A stretch of 64,000 bases of DNA from Camelus ferus (lineage: Eukaryota): positions 2,606,001 through 2,670,000 of the forward strand of contig NC_045697.1 of the NCBI RefSeq assembly GCF_009834535.1, given 5' to 3'. The notes below the pieces were generated by a model. That model was given only the letters and a program-made list of their open reading frames with translations. It did not search any database and was not told the DNA's origin. Below, one piece after another: positions 48,570-61,619 of this stretch. A program made the translations under genes and the position numbers. The stretch's first letter is position 1. Every line of letters begins with the position of its first letter.

Positions 48570-51500
48570 CCAACTACCAGCCCACCCACATTAGTCATCC
48601 CCACCACATCAGAAGGGTCCATGCAACCCACATGGGGGTACCCCTGGAGCATACAGCTCTGGTAACCAGAGGAGACTGTGCTGCTGGGCCCCATAGGATG
48701 TCACCTACATAAGGCTACTTCTCCAAGATCAGGAAATGTAACCAACCTAACAAATATGTAGAAATAAAAACAGAAAATTAGGCAAAAGGAGACAGAGGAA
48801 TATGTTCCAAACAAAGGAACAAGATAAAACCCCAGAAGAAAAATTAAGCAAAGTGGAGATAATCAATCTAGCCAATAAAGAGGTCAAGGTAATGATGATA
48901 AAGATGCTCAACAAACTGAGGAGAAGAATGGATGAACATAGTGATAAGTTTAACAAAGAGTCAGAAAGTATAAAGAAGAACAAAACAGAGATGAAAGATA
49001 AAATAACTGAAATAAAAAATACACTAGAAGGAATCAACAGTAGATTAGATGATACAGAGGAATGACTCAACACATTGGAAGACAGAATAGTGGAAATCAC
49101 TCAACCTAAATAGAAAAAAGAAAAAAAAATAATGAAGATAAGTTCAAGAGATCTATGGGACATCATTTCTACTAACTTAGGAATCCAAGAAGGAGAAGAG
49201 AGAGAGAGAAAGGGGCAAAGAAATTATTTGAAGAAATAATAGCTGAAAAATTTCAAATAAACAACCTAACCTTATACCTAGAGGAACTAGAAAAAAAGAA
49301 CAATCAAAACCCAAAGTTAGTAAAAGGAAAGAAATAATAATGAAGATCAGAGCAGGAATAAATAAAATAGAGACTAAAAGAAAAATAAAAAAGATCAATG
49401 AAACTAAGAGCTGGTTTTTTGAAAAGATAAACAAAATTGATAAACCTTTCACTAGTGTCATCAAGAAAAAAGAAGACCTAAATAAATAAATCAGAAATGA
49501 AAGAGGAAGGGTTACAATTGAGACCACAGAAATAAAAAGGATCATAAGAGATTGCTATGAACAAATTTACATCAATAAAATGGGCAGCTTAAAAGAAATG
49601 GGCAAATTTCTAGAAATGTACAATCTCCCAGGACTGGATCAGGAAGAAATAGAAAATATAAACTGGCTAATTACCAGTAATAAAGTTGAATCGGTCATTT
49701 AAAAACTCTCAACAAATGAAAGTCTAGGACCAGACAGCTTCACAGGTGAATTCTATTAAATATTTTAAAAAGAGCTAATACCTATTCTTCTCAAACAAGT
49801 CCATAAAATTGAAGAGGATGGAGCACTCCAAACTCTTTCTATAAAGTCAGAATACCCTGATACCAAACCAAAGACACCACAGAAAAAGAAAATTATAGGC
49901 AAATATCACTGATGAACATGGGTACAAAAATCCTCAACAAAATATTAGCAAACTGAATTCAACAATACATTAAAAGGATCATACATCATGATCAAGTGGA
50001 ATTTGTCCCAAGGATGCAGGATGGTTGAACACCCATGAATTAATCCATGTGATATATCACATTAACAAACTGAAGAATAAAAATCATACAATCATCTCAA
50101 TAGATGCATAAAAAGCTTTTGACAAATTTCAACATTCAAAATCTCTTAACAAAGTAGGCATAGAGGAAACATATCTCATTGTAATGAAGGCCAATATGAT
50201 GCTCACAGCTAACGTCATACTCAATGGTGAAAAGCTAAAATTTTTCTTCTACGATCTAGAACAAGACAAAAATGTCCACTTTTACCACTTTTATTCAATG
50301 TAGTATTGGAAATCCTAGCCACAGCAATCAGATAAGAAAAAGAAATGAAAAGAATCAAAATTGGAAAGGAAGAAGTAAAACTATCACTGTTATCAGATGA
50401 CATGATACCGTATAAAGACAATTGTAAAGATGCCACCAAAACCCACTAGAACTAATTAATAAACATATTCAGTAAAGTTGCAGAATACAAAATTAATATA
50501 CAGAAATCAGTTGTGTTTCTATACACTAAGAATGAACTATTAGAAAGAAAAATTTAAAAAACAGTACTATTTCCAATTGCATCAAAAGAAGAAGAAGGAG
50601 GAGGAGGAGGAAGAAGGGGAAGAAGAAGAAGGAGAAGGAGGAGGAGGAGGAGGAGGAGGAGGAGAAAAAGAAATGCCAAAGAATAAATCTAACCAAGGAA
50701 GTAAAAGACCCGTAATCAGAAAATCATAAACATTGATGAAAGAAATTGAAGATGACACAAACCAATGGAAAGATACACGGTGCTCAGGGATTGGAAGAAT
50801 TAATATTGTTAAAATGTCCAAGGAAGCCCAGGAAATGAGGTGAAATCCCAAGGAAATTTATTGATTCAGTGCATCTCTATCAAAATACCAATGGCATTTT
50901 TCACAGAACTAGAATAAATAATTATAAAATTTGTATGGAAACACACACAAACACACACAAAAAATCCCCTAAATAGCCAAAAAAAAAAAAAAATCTTGGG
51001 AAAGAACAAAGCTGGAGGCATTAAGCACTTTGACTTCAAACTATACTACAAAGCTACAGTAATCAAAGCAGTATGGTACTAGCACCAAAAAAAAAAAAAA
51101 AAACCAGACACTTGGATCGATGGAATAGAATAAATAGCCCATATATAAATTCATGCTTTTATGGTTAACTAAGCTACAACAAAGGAAGTAAGGGTGAACT
51201 GTGGGGAAAGGCAACCTCTTCAGGAAATGGTTTTGGAAAAACTGTACGACTACATGCAAAGGAATCAAACTGGACGATTTTCTCACACCGTATACAAAAA
51301 TAAACTCAAAATGGATTGGAGACTTAAATGTAAAGCCTGAATCCATAAAACTCCTAGAAGAAAACATAGACATTATGTTCTTTGACGTTGGTCTTAGCAA
51401 TATTTTTTTGAATATGTCTCTTCAGGCAAAGACAACAAAGGCAAAAATAAACAGATGGGACTACATCAAACTATAAAGGCTTTTTTCAGCGAAAGAAACT

Positions 51501-52625
51501 ATCAACAAAGTGAAAAGGCTGCTTACTGAATGGGAGAAGATATTTGCAAACAATATATCAACTAGGGGTTAATATTTAAAAGATACAAAGAACTTATACA
51601 CCAAAAAACCCCAAAAAACCCAGTTAAGAAATGGACAGAGGACCTGAATAGATATTGTATGTCCATGGAACACATACAGATGCCAACAGGTACATAAAAA
51701 GATGCTCAACATCACTAATCACCAGGAAAATGCAAATAAAACAACAATGAGATACCACCTCACACCTGTCAGAACAGCTATGATCAAAAAGACCACAAAT
51801 AACTTGGCAAGGATGTGGAGGAAAGGGAGCCCTCTGCACTGTTGGTAGCAATGTAAATTCATGTATCTGCTATGGAAAACAGTATGGAGGTTCCTCAAAA
51901 AATTAAAAATAGAACTACCATAGGATCCAGCAATTCCACATCTTAGTGCTTTTCTGAAGAAATCAAAAGCACTAATTCACAAAGACATGAGCATCCTATG
52001 TTCATTGCAGCATTATTTACAATAGCCAAGATATGAAAGAAATCTAAGTGCCCATCAATAGGTGAATGGATAAGGAAGATATGATATAGATGTGTACACA
52101 CACACACACACACACACACACACGATGGAATATTACACATCCATAAAAATAATTTTTTCAGCAATATGAATGGAGCTGGAGGGTATTATGTTAAGTGAAT
52201 TGTCAGACAGAGAAGGATAAATACGACATGATTTTACTTGTATGTGGAATCTAAAATAAAAAACAAAATAAAACAAATGAACAAACATAACAAAACAGAA
52301 ACAGACTCAGATACAGAGAATAAACAGGTGGTTGCCAGAGGGGAGAGGGGTGGGAAGATGACCGAAATAGGTGAGGGAGGTTAACAGGTGCAAACTTCCA
52401 GCTGCAAAATAAACATCACGGGGATGTAACGTACAGCACAGAAAATACAGTCAGTAACTATGTAACAACTCTATGTGGTGACTAGACTTACTGTGGTGAT
52501 TGTTGTATAGGCGATTTGTAACGTATAGAAATACTGAATCACTATACTGTGCACCTGGAATTAACATAGTGTGGTAGGGTAACAATACTTCAATTTTTTA
52601 AAAGCCCACAAATTAAACAAACAAA
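48570..52625 (+). mobile_element. Long degenerate L1: 5'UTR end, partial ORF1, ORF2 RT to C-terminus, 3'UTR; internally deleted
   Basis: ORF 48802..49065 is an L1 ORF1 coiled coil. ORF 51201..51476 is L1 ORF2. RT motif remnant tcagatgacatgata (SDDMI, ~50393). Many stops and frameshifts. Confidence 0.92.
50585..50670. repeat. (GAA/GGA)n purine triplet tract within L1 ORF2
   Basis: gaagaagaaggaggaggaggaggaagaag...ggaggaggaggaggag. Confidence 0.9.
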
Positions 52626-52629
52626 AAGG

Positions 52630-52990
52630 AAATATATTAATGTCCAATAAGCACATGAAAAGAAGCTCAACATCACTGACCTTTAGGAAAGTGCAAATTA
52701 AAACACAACGAAATACCATCACACTCCCACAAACATGGCTGAAACTAAAAATATAACAACACCAAGTGTTGGTGAGGACACGGAACACACGAAGCTCTAC
52801 TCTGCTGGAATGATTGCAAGTGGTGTGGCCGCTCTGAAGCCAGGCTGGCAGTTTCTCATAAAGTAAAATGGACATTTTCCATGTGACCCAGCAACTCCAC
52901 TCCTGTTTACTTACACATGAATAATAAAATCATATGTTCACACAAAGACCTGTACACAAGTGTTCAGAGTGGTGTCCTCCACTAGTGGCC
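52630..52990 (+). mobile_element. Older L1M ORF2 3' fragment
   Basis: aataagcacatgaaaagaagctcaacatca...ccatgtgacccagcaactccactcct. Confidence 0.8.
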
Positions 52991-53149
52991 AACTGGGGGT
53001 TTTGCTTTTTTAAATCATTAAGAACGCGTGAATTTAAATATACTTAAAGCATCTCAGATCACTGCTGTTAACTACATCGCATTTAGTGAAGTTCAAATTT
53101 TGCATGTTTGATCAGTGGTGGCCTCATCTCTTTGACTTCTGAGTCTTTT

Positions 53150-53580
53150 TTAATGTCTTTTTTATTGTGATAAATATATGTAGTATAAAATTTGCCATTT
53201 TAACCATTTTTAAGTGTACATTTCAGCAGCATTAAGCACATCCACATTTGTTGCATGGTGTTACCACTAGCCATCTCCAGAACTTTTCCATCATCTTTTC
53301 CAAACAGAAACTCTGCCCTCGCTAAACACTTATTGCTTATTCCCTTCTCCCCTCTGCCTCTGCTGCCATCATTCTACTTTCTCTATAAATAGGACTGCTC
53401 TGGGTAACTCGTGTAAGTGGAATCATATAATATTTGCCTTTTGTGATTGTCTTGTTTCACTTGGCCTGTTGCCCTCAAGGTTCATCCATGTTGGCTCATG
53501 TGTCAGAATTTCCTTCGTTTGGGGGGTTGAATATTATTCTGCTGTATGAAAAGGTCACATTTTGTTTACCCATTCTTCAG
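53150..53580 (-). mobile_element. L1MB 3' end, antisense
   Basis: ataaaatttgccattttaaccatttttaagtgtaca...gtaagtggaatcatataatatttgcctttt. Confidence 0.88.
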
Positions 53581-53984
53581 CAGCCTCTGGTGGAACCAGA
53601 CTGGTGTGCAGTAGGTGTCTGGCAGTATTTTTGAGTGGAAGAGTGACCGGGGTCAAGATACGGGGTATGTCGCTTCCTTTGTACCCTCTCAGTGCTCTGG
53701 ACCCCTCTGCCTTATAGGACATCTGTTTACATACCTGCTTTTCTCCCCCATGAGATCCTGAGATCCACGGAGGCAGGGACAAATCTAATCTATTTATTTT
53801 CTATGTAACGTGGTACCTGGCAACAGTGGGTCTTGGTGAGTGTTGGACAATGAAATAACAGTTATAAATGGCAGTTGGATGAGGCAAGGGGCCTGGAAAG
53901 GCTGAAAGGACTGGGTTAGCACAGAGATTGGGTCAACTTTTGGGGAAGGGGAGTCTGGTTGGTTGAGGAGCAGCCTCGCCTGAG

Positions 53985-54005
53985 GTCAGCACCAGGGACA
54001 GCTCC
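53985..54005 (+). promoter_or_regulatory. Canonical RE1/NRSE (REST/NRSF binding site)
   Basis: GTCAGCACCAGGGACAGCTCC fits NTCAGCACCNNGGACAGCNCC, with both half-sites intact and a 2-bp spacer. Confidence 0.8.
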
Positions 54006-55662
54006 CAGCACGGCCACCCTGGCCTCTTCCATCTGCTCAGATGGGGAGGGCCCGCTCTACCAGGGCCCCAGGAGGTTCAGACGGTGGTACACCCTTCCCT
54101 TGGAGGACGTGGACTCAACGGGCAAGTGCCAACCCCTCCAGCTGCTGGGGTGGGGAAAATGAAACGGGAGGCACTTAATGGGTAAGAGGGGCATTATACT
54201 CACCTGGTGACTGAGGACCGGGCCAGCAGGACCAGACCTAGCTCCAGGCAGGGGCTTCTCCACCAAGAGGACACTGGTCTGGGGGCAGGAGACCTGATCT
54301 CAGACCTGACCTTATGTAGTTGCCTCATGTCGCCAAAGGTTCACTGGTGGGTCTGGGAGGTGGGCACTCCCACGCCCTCACTGGTTTGTCTCTCTCTTGT
54401 TCTGACCACCCATCTGCAGAGGCAGACCAAGGCCGAAAGCCAGGGGCCTTGACCCTTGGCTCTGAGATGGTCACCAGGGTAAACAAACCTTCTGTTTCAG
54501 GGAGAGAAGAGAAGCCTAAAATGGGCTTGAGCCAAGAGGGGATGGGGTCAACCTCTGTCTCTCACCCAGTCTGAGACCCCAGGCACAGCCCCCCTTTCTG
54601 GTGGGGTTATTCAATTACACAGTGGGCACCGTCACACCACTTTGCCTCGGCACCAAGGAAGACACAAGTTTGTGGGCTGGGTGCTTCACCCGCATGGGGC
54701 CCACACCACAGGAGGGTCTGGCAGAGACAGCGCCTGCCCTCCCTTGGCCTCCGCATGGGCCGCAGGACCCTGTCTGAGTGTCAGTGGGCCTGGGCTGTGT
54801 TCCCTTTCTCGTCCCCTGACTGTCACACTGCACCTTCTCTTCCCAGAAAAGCTTCTAAATTTAGGCAGACATCTTTTCCTTCTGATGAGAAGGGTGATGC
54901 CGATAACCAGAAGAGCTCTGAGCAGGGCGGGAACGGCCCAGGTAGGGGCAGATTGGGGGCAGGGGGAGGGCAGCTAACTTCCTAGCGTTGCCCTCAGATC
55001 AATCTCTGACAGGTTGTTCCTGGAACCGTGCTGTTTTACACAAGGTCGCCGCCTCCCTTTCTTCTGAGAGTGTCGGCCACAGACAGGACGCGGTCTCTGC
55101 CCCTCGCCAACAGGTAGCGCCCGCTTCCCTCTGGGGGTTTGGTGGGAGCCCTGTGACCCCTCTGTCCACCAGGGATGGGCTGGGTGGCATGTGCTGTCCT
55201 TTCCTGTTCAGGCTTCCAGGGCCCCAAGGTTCTGCCCCTCCCTGGGGGGGGGGGTCAATCCAGACACGTGTGATTTACAGGACAGCTGCCATCTGAGGCC
55301 GCAGCCTGCGCCTGCGGATTTCCTTTATTTCCAAACTCACAACAAACCCTGAGAGCAGGTGCTGTTAATGCCTTTGGACAGAAAAGCCAGTGAGGCTCAG
55401 CGAGGCCACCAGCACGCCCAGGTCCGGGGACAGGGCGGAGTAGGGCTCAGACTCAGGCCTGTTTGACTCCAGAAGTCTTTCTCTCTCCAGGCTCCCCCAG
55501 CGTCCTCTCTACTAAGATCCTAGCAGGTAATGGGCTCCTTGACGGTGGCAGGGCTGCAGCCACCAGTCAAAAACAGCTCCTGCTTCAAGGGCTCTTGGGG
55601 CAGAGGGACAGACAGACCCTGACGGATGTTAACAAGGTCAATACTTCAGCAAAAACAGGCAG

Positions 55663-56056
55663 TGCAGCCGGTGAGTGGTGTCTTCCAAAATCTAGGGCCA
55701 CTTGGAAGCTCAGAATGTGGTTTTATTTGGAAGTGAGGTCTTTTGCGGATTTAATTAAGGTAAAGATTTTGACATGAAATCATCCCGGTTCCCAATGGGT
55801 CTTAAATCCAAGGACAAGTATCCTTTCAGGAAGAGGAGAAAACACACAGAAGAAGAGAGGCCACGCGAAGATGGAGCAGAGAGCAGCATGCTGCGGCCAC
55901 GTGCCCGGGGCGCCTGGGCCACCAGGAGTGGAAGGGACCAGGAAGCATGCTCCCCTGGAGGCTCTGAGAGAGCCTGGCCCTGCCTCCGGAACCGTAGGAG
56001 AGTCAGTCTGCTGTTTTACGTTTGTGGTCATTTCTTCATCGACCCTGTAAGTTACC
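55663..56056 (+). mobile_element. MLT1C-like solo LTR
   Basis: ctcagaatgtggttttatttggaagtgaggtcttttgcggatttaattaagg...gaagatggagcagag. Confidence 0.8.
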
Positions 56057-57539
56057 CCTTTTTTTTCTCCAATGATTGCAAAATGTGTCCTCTCTCTGCA
56101 TCCAAGCAGACCCTCATCTGCGGGGACAGGAGTGTGCAGAGCCATTAGGTACCGTGCTCCCGCGGGGAGACCACCACGCATCCGTGAAATGACAGAGGCA
56201 GAGTGTATGGGCATCCCGTGCGGCCCCTCAGGGTTCGGTTCACAAACCTGAGAACTCATGAAACAGGCAGCTGGGCCCCGGTCCCGGCATGTCTGATGGG
56301 GCAGGTCTGGGGCCAGAGGATCTGCCTGGCCAGCAAGTCCAGGTGGTCCTGATGCTGTGGCTCCAGGGGCCCCACCCCGATCCCCTCCACCTGGTGATGC
56401 ACCCACCCCCCTCCTCCCCTGCCCGGCCCCCCAGCTGTTGGGGATGTTAGTGCACATGGCTCCCGGCCACCGTCCTCTCCGGAGAACTGCCCTCAGCCAG
56501 CCTGACCCCCGGACCCGACGATGCCAGGTCTGAGTCCACCCTCTTCGCCAGGCAGCCTGTGGCCAGTGAGACATCAACCAGCCCTGCAGCCTCAAGGGAC
56601 ATGACGCCATCCTCCAGGTTCTCCTGAGAGCACACCCTCAGTGAGCCACTTGCAGAGAATCCCCGACTCGGGCTCTGCTTCTAGGCAAGTGATGCAAATC
56701 CGCCCGCCCCCCCGGCAGACTGCGAGCTGTGTGGGTCAGGTGCTGAGAAAGGCGACGGTCACCAGCAAGAAGGACAACCGGGGAGGTCCTGCCCTTGGGG
56801 GCCTGGCGAGTAATCACAGAACCAGCTTCTCGGAACGTGAACTCTTTCCTGCTGCAGCCAGTCCACGGTACTGGGATGAGCTAGCAGGGATCTGACAGAC
56901 GAGGAGGAAAGAGCCGGGTGGAGTGCAGCGGGAAGGGCAACCCAGGCAGAAGGAACAGCAAGTGTGAAGGCCAGGAGGCAAGAGAGAGTGCGATGAGTTG
57001 GAGGACTCAGGCCGGTGTGACCAGTGGGCAGAGAGTGAGGGAGAGGCCAGGAGGCATGGACTTGCAGCCCCGGGCCCCCTCGGTCACTGCTCTCTGCCCT
57101 CAGAGCACTGGGCATACCCTGGAGGGTGGGGGTGGGGCTGCCTGGAGGGGCTGTGCCTTTTGGGAGGGTGACTATGGCTGCAAGGCTGCAGAACTGTCCT
57201 ATGTCTTGCAGTAGGTCAGCAGTACAGATGTGCCAAGATGCCTGGCCATCAGGGTGTCCCAGGTACCCCCAGGGAAAGTCCCCCGGGTCACGCTGAGTCT
57301 CCCATGGGATGCAGCGGAGCTGCTCTCTCCCCACACCTGCAGCCCCTGGCTCCTGCCCGTTTCCACTCCTCTTTCCAGCAGCTGCATCAGGAGAGGTGCC
57401 GGAGTCAACCCTCTCATCTCCTCCTGCAGCTGGCCCCACCAGCCACTCCCCAGCTGCCCCAGACAAGGCCCCCATGGGCCTCCGAGTTGCAGCCCAGTAG
57501 CCGCCTTTGTGCCCATGTGACTGGCCACTCGTGGCACAG

Positions 57540-58600
57540 ATGTCCATGTGACCTGTCCTCTAGGAAACACCTTCCTTACATGCTCTCCAGGGCTCTTATC
57601 TTCCTCCAGCCTCGTCTCCTGCTGGCTCCACCTTCTCTCCACGACCTCCTAGCTCTGGAGGCCAAGTGCCCCGCCCTTGGCTCTGGTCATGAGCTTTCCG
57701 GGTGGACTCATCCAACTACAGCCAAGGCCCCATGTTCACATCCCCAGCCTGGCCCTGAACTCCGACCCACGAGGCCAGCTGCCCCCGGGCCTCTCCCCTG
57801 GTGGCAATAGACACTGCCAGCCTACTCAGAAGTGAGCTCCTGGCCCTTTCCTGTTAAACCCGCAGCCTCACAGTTAAGAGGGGACATGAACCCCAGGTCA
57901 CCCTGGAAGTCTGCACTGTGCTCCCATCCCACATCCAAGCTACCAGTATGTCCTGCTGGCTCAGCCTTCAAAACATACCCAGAATCGGGGACCCCCTGCC
58001 CCGTTCCTCCCTGACTAAGCCCTGGTCATCTCAGCCCAGTGGTTCCAGTCTCCTCACTGGTCTCCCTGCTTTATTACTGCCCCCTAGAGACTGTACTTGA
58101 AACAGCAGCCAGCATGACTTTTTTTTTTCACCTCATTTCTTTTCTCTGCTCCAAAATCCCTCCACTGACCCCTCATCTCACTCAGAGTAAAAGCCAAAGC
58201 TTAAAAAGTTATCCCCATCTGGTCCCTGTCACCTACTCTGAACCAGCCACTCAGACATTCTCGCTGTTCCAGGAGCAGCCAGGCACAGCTCACCCCAGGG
58301 CCTTTGCACTGTCTGCCATCTCCATTCAGAACACTCCTCTCCAAACAGCTGCTGAGTGTACCCCTTCAAGTTCATGCTCAAACATCCCTTCTCAGTGAGG
58401 CATGCTCTGGCCATGGTGTTTAAAATGAGAACCCCCAGCTCCGCTCCTCTGAGCTGTAAATACTTCTGTTATGCTACAGGAGTTGTTCTCTCCACTATAC
58501 TGTAAGCTCTGTGGTGAGCAGAGATTTTTGTTTGTGTTGTTTTCCAGGGATGAATCCCCAGCACCTACAAGGTAGACGTCGGGCGCTCCAACGTCAGCAG
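57540..58600 (+). mobile_element. L2 LINE, long degenerate 3' portion
   Basis: ctcagccttcaaaacatacccagaatc, tcactcagagtaaaagccaaa, cccagggcctttgcactg and ctatactgtaagctc. Confidence 0.8.
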
Positions 58601-58782
58601 ATTGCATAGAGGAGGAGCAGCTGGCAAAGCTGTCTGAGAAGCAGCAGCAGGGAGGTAGGCAGAAGTGAGGAGAGTGTGCTCTCCCCTGCCCAGATCAGCC
58701 CGTGCCCAGCACTCAGCAGCTCTGCTCCCCACGGCTTCTCTGGCCCCACGTGTCTCTGATGAGCAGGGGCTGGGGTTTCTCT

Positions 58783-58912
58783 AAGGTCTGCGCTAAACTT
58801 AGTGTGCAGCAGGATGACCCCAGGCGGCTTGTTCAAACAGACTGCCGGGCCCCACCTCCACAGTTTCTGATGCAGCAGGGCTGGGGCAGGGCTGAGAATC
58901 TGCATTTCTAGC
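58783..58912 (+). mobile_element. MER5A (hAT-Charlie)
   Basis: ggcttgttcaaacagactgccgggccccacctccacagtttctgatgcagcagggctgggg...gagaatctgcatttcta. Confidence 0.8.
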
Positions 58913-59081
58913 TCCTTCTGATTGATTCGGACAACATATCTACAGAACAGTGGAGTTGCCAGGACACAGGCTAAGTGCATCTTCAACTGCTTCACAAAGC
59001 TGTATCCCACCAGCACAGAGATGGAAGTCAAGTTTTCTTCGTGCCCCGGGTCTGTGTCTCAGTGCTCCGCGTAGTTATCTG

Positions 59082-59543
59082 CAGCCACACCTTGTTTCAC
59101 TGTGCGTGCTTTGTTGCGCTTTGCAGATACTGCATTTTTGGCAAATTGAAGGATTGCGGCCACCCTGCCCTGAATGCGTCTGCCAGCGCCATTTCTCCAA
59201 CAGCATTTGCTCACTTCATGTCTCTTGGTCACATTTGGGAAATTGTCACAATGTTTCAAGCTTCTCCATTATTACTCTGTCTGTTGTGGTGATCTGTGAT
59301 CAATGAACTTTGCTGCTGCGATTGCAAAAAGATGACTTGTTGAAGGCTCAGGTGACAGCACGTTTTAGCAATAAAATATTTTTAAAACAAGGTACGTGCA
59401 TTATTTTTCCAGACGTAATGCTATTGCAGACTTCATAGACCACATCATAGTGTAAACATACCTCCTACGTGCGCTGGGAAGCCAAACGTGGTGTTCGGCC
59501 GTGGGGGCTGGGCTGGAGCTGTGGCGTCTCCGAGGGACGCCCG
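59082..59543 (+). mobile_element. Tigger1 internal-deletion derivative (Tigger1a_Art-like)
   Basis: Left end cagccacacct...caaattgaagg. Internal junction attgcaaaaagatgacttgttgaaggctcag. Right end tctccgagggacgcccg. Confidence 0.8.
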
Positions 59544-59767
59544 TGCTGTCTGTTCGCGCACCAGCACCACCCTGCTGTCGTCGCGGCAGCCTTTCCGCAC
59601 CCTCGATGGCCTCTTCTCCTTGGTCAAACTTTCAACACCGACTTCTCATTCTTTAAATATAGAAAACGTATTCTTTGATGGTTCCCCCGTTGCAGACTCT
59701 GTGCATCTAATTCTGCAAATTTTAAATGTTGTGACTTTTCCTCAGGTATTATTTTCTCATTGTTATT

Positions 59768-59988
59768 AAAAATTTTTTATTATTGAAGTATAGTCAGTTT
59801 ACAGTGTTGTGTCAATTTCTGTGCACAGCATCATGTTTCGGTCAGACATACACATGCATGTGCTCGTTCTCATGTTCTTTCTCGTTATAGGTTACACAAG
59901 ATGCTGAGTGTCGTTCCCTGTGCTGTAAGGAACAGACTTGCTTTGTATCTATTTTATAGATAGTAGTTAGTACCTGCAAATCTCGAGC
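59768..59988 (-). mobile_element. Truncated camelid-like L1 3' end, antisense
   Basis: ttttttattattgaagtatagtcagtttacagtgttgtgtcaatttctg, flanked by TGTTATT (59761-59767 and 59989-59995). Confidence 0.8.
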
Positions 59989-60939
59989 TGTTATTTTATA
60001 CCACTTGTAACGTACCGTGCAGAAAATGTCCAAGGCCTGGGGTGGATGCAGCCTGTGGGCAGATTTGTGCTTTCCCCGCCTGACACCTGGAGTCTCGGGG
60101 ATCCTAGGACCACTTTAAGCCTCACTCCCACCTTCCTTTTTTCGGCAGAGGGGACGCACAGCAGTGTGACTTCAGACTTCAGGTGGGGAGGAGGTCTCAG
60201 GGAGTTTTCTCTGTTCGACTCAGAACTCACCATCTCCCTCTGTGAGGTTGTGTCTTTCTCGCCCATTTCAGAAGTGCTGGCTTAAGAAGGGGTCTCTGTC
60301 CCAACTTGCAACCCTGTTTGGGCCCTGGGTCTGCTCCTCATCCCCCAGTCCCGTGGGGGCCCTTGGAAGCTTGTCTCTAAGACACCTGAGATGCACAGAG
60401 GTCTCTCAGACAAGCCCCGCCCTTGTGCGGGCTCACAGTCCTGAGTTCACGGCTCTCATCGTTTCTAGCCAGTGAGGGCTCCCTTACTTTTTCGCTAGCT
60501 CAAATATGCATCTCAAAAGGTGTTATGTGAAACGTACAAGATGTGTATGTAGTGCGTATTTATTGCATCCGGCATTGTTTTGAACCTGGACGATGTCTCC
60601 AGATGTCTAGATTGTTACATTGCCAGAGGTGGGGGGGGGGTCCTTTATTTCCAAAAAAAAGAAAAAGCCACTTACTCACTAAACAGAAAGCATCACTGAG
60701 TATATACTGTCTACTGGGCACTGGGACTGGCGCTGTGCCCACCCCTGAGGGCCCCTCATCCAGGGAAGGGACAGGCAGAGCCTGCAAAGTCACAAGGGTG
60801 GCCAAGGGGCACCCAGGCTGCTGCTTCCACTGCAGTCGGAGGCGACAGAAGCCATGAGAAGTGGATCAGGGTTATGCCCGCCTTGAGAATCAGCACGGTG
60901 GTCGCAGTAGGAGGGTCTTATCTGAACTGCCAACCTCTG

Positions 60940-61270
60940 CCGTGGCTCATTGGACAAAGACTCTGGGTCATAACCGTGAAATTTACTGATACACCCTGGA
61001 AACGATGTCTGTTGCCTATGGTGAGGTCTCTCTGTCTGAAGGCATTGATCTGCCCATAGGAGCTGCCAGGGGAGTGAGGTGGGTGTGTGGTGCAGTCTAC
61101 GGCTGTCTGAGTCATTCTCCAATCATATTCTTGTTGGCCCTCCGAGTACTTAAGGTGATTTACGGACCCTCGTTAAGTGCGGCCATGATTGGATGGGCCT
61201 GAAGTCACTACCAACAATTAAGAAGCCGCCATCGATTCCACTAACCAGCAAATGGGCAGTTGAAGGGCAC
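60940..61270. promoter_or_regulatory. Candidate conserved enhancer
   Basis: GTTGCCTATGGTGA (RFX-like, 61011), TGAGTCA (61108-61114), TGATTTACGG (61156-61165), TTAAGTG (61173-61179), TGATTGG (61186) and CAATTAA. Confidence 0.5.
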
Positions 61271-61619
61271 TTGAGATGGGGCCTCACGGGAGGTCATCTC
61301 CCTCTTCCCTGGGGACCCGCGCAGACCACCCACTCCAAGCCAGCAGTGGGCTTTGTGTGAGTGTGGCAGCATGGCGGGGGCGGGCCGCACAAAGGCTCCA
61401 GGGGAGAGGGGATCAGGCACACACCCAGCAGGGACCGTGAGCGAAGCCCCACCTCCACATCCTCCCCTTGCTCCCAAAGGCCAACGTCCCCCCCTCGCCG
61501 GTGGCTGTGATCACAGGCAGCAATGCGTGTGCCTAGAATATGCCGGTCACACGACCGGCTGTCGCTGTTGCTGTATTTAGACAGGTGACTGGTGGGAACC
61601 TGGGTACCTGGAAAGCAGG

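Noticed and set aside
48802..51476. Protein-like ORFs (coiled coil, RT-associated)
   Set aside because: These are L1 ORF1/ORF2 remnants with stops, frameshifts and a mutated RT motif, not a host gene or active element.
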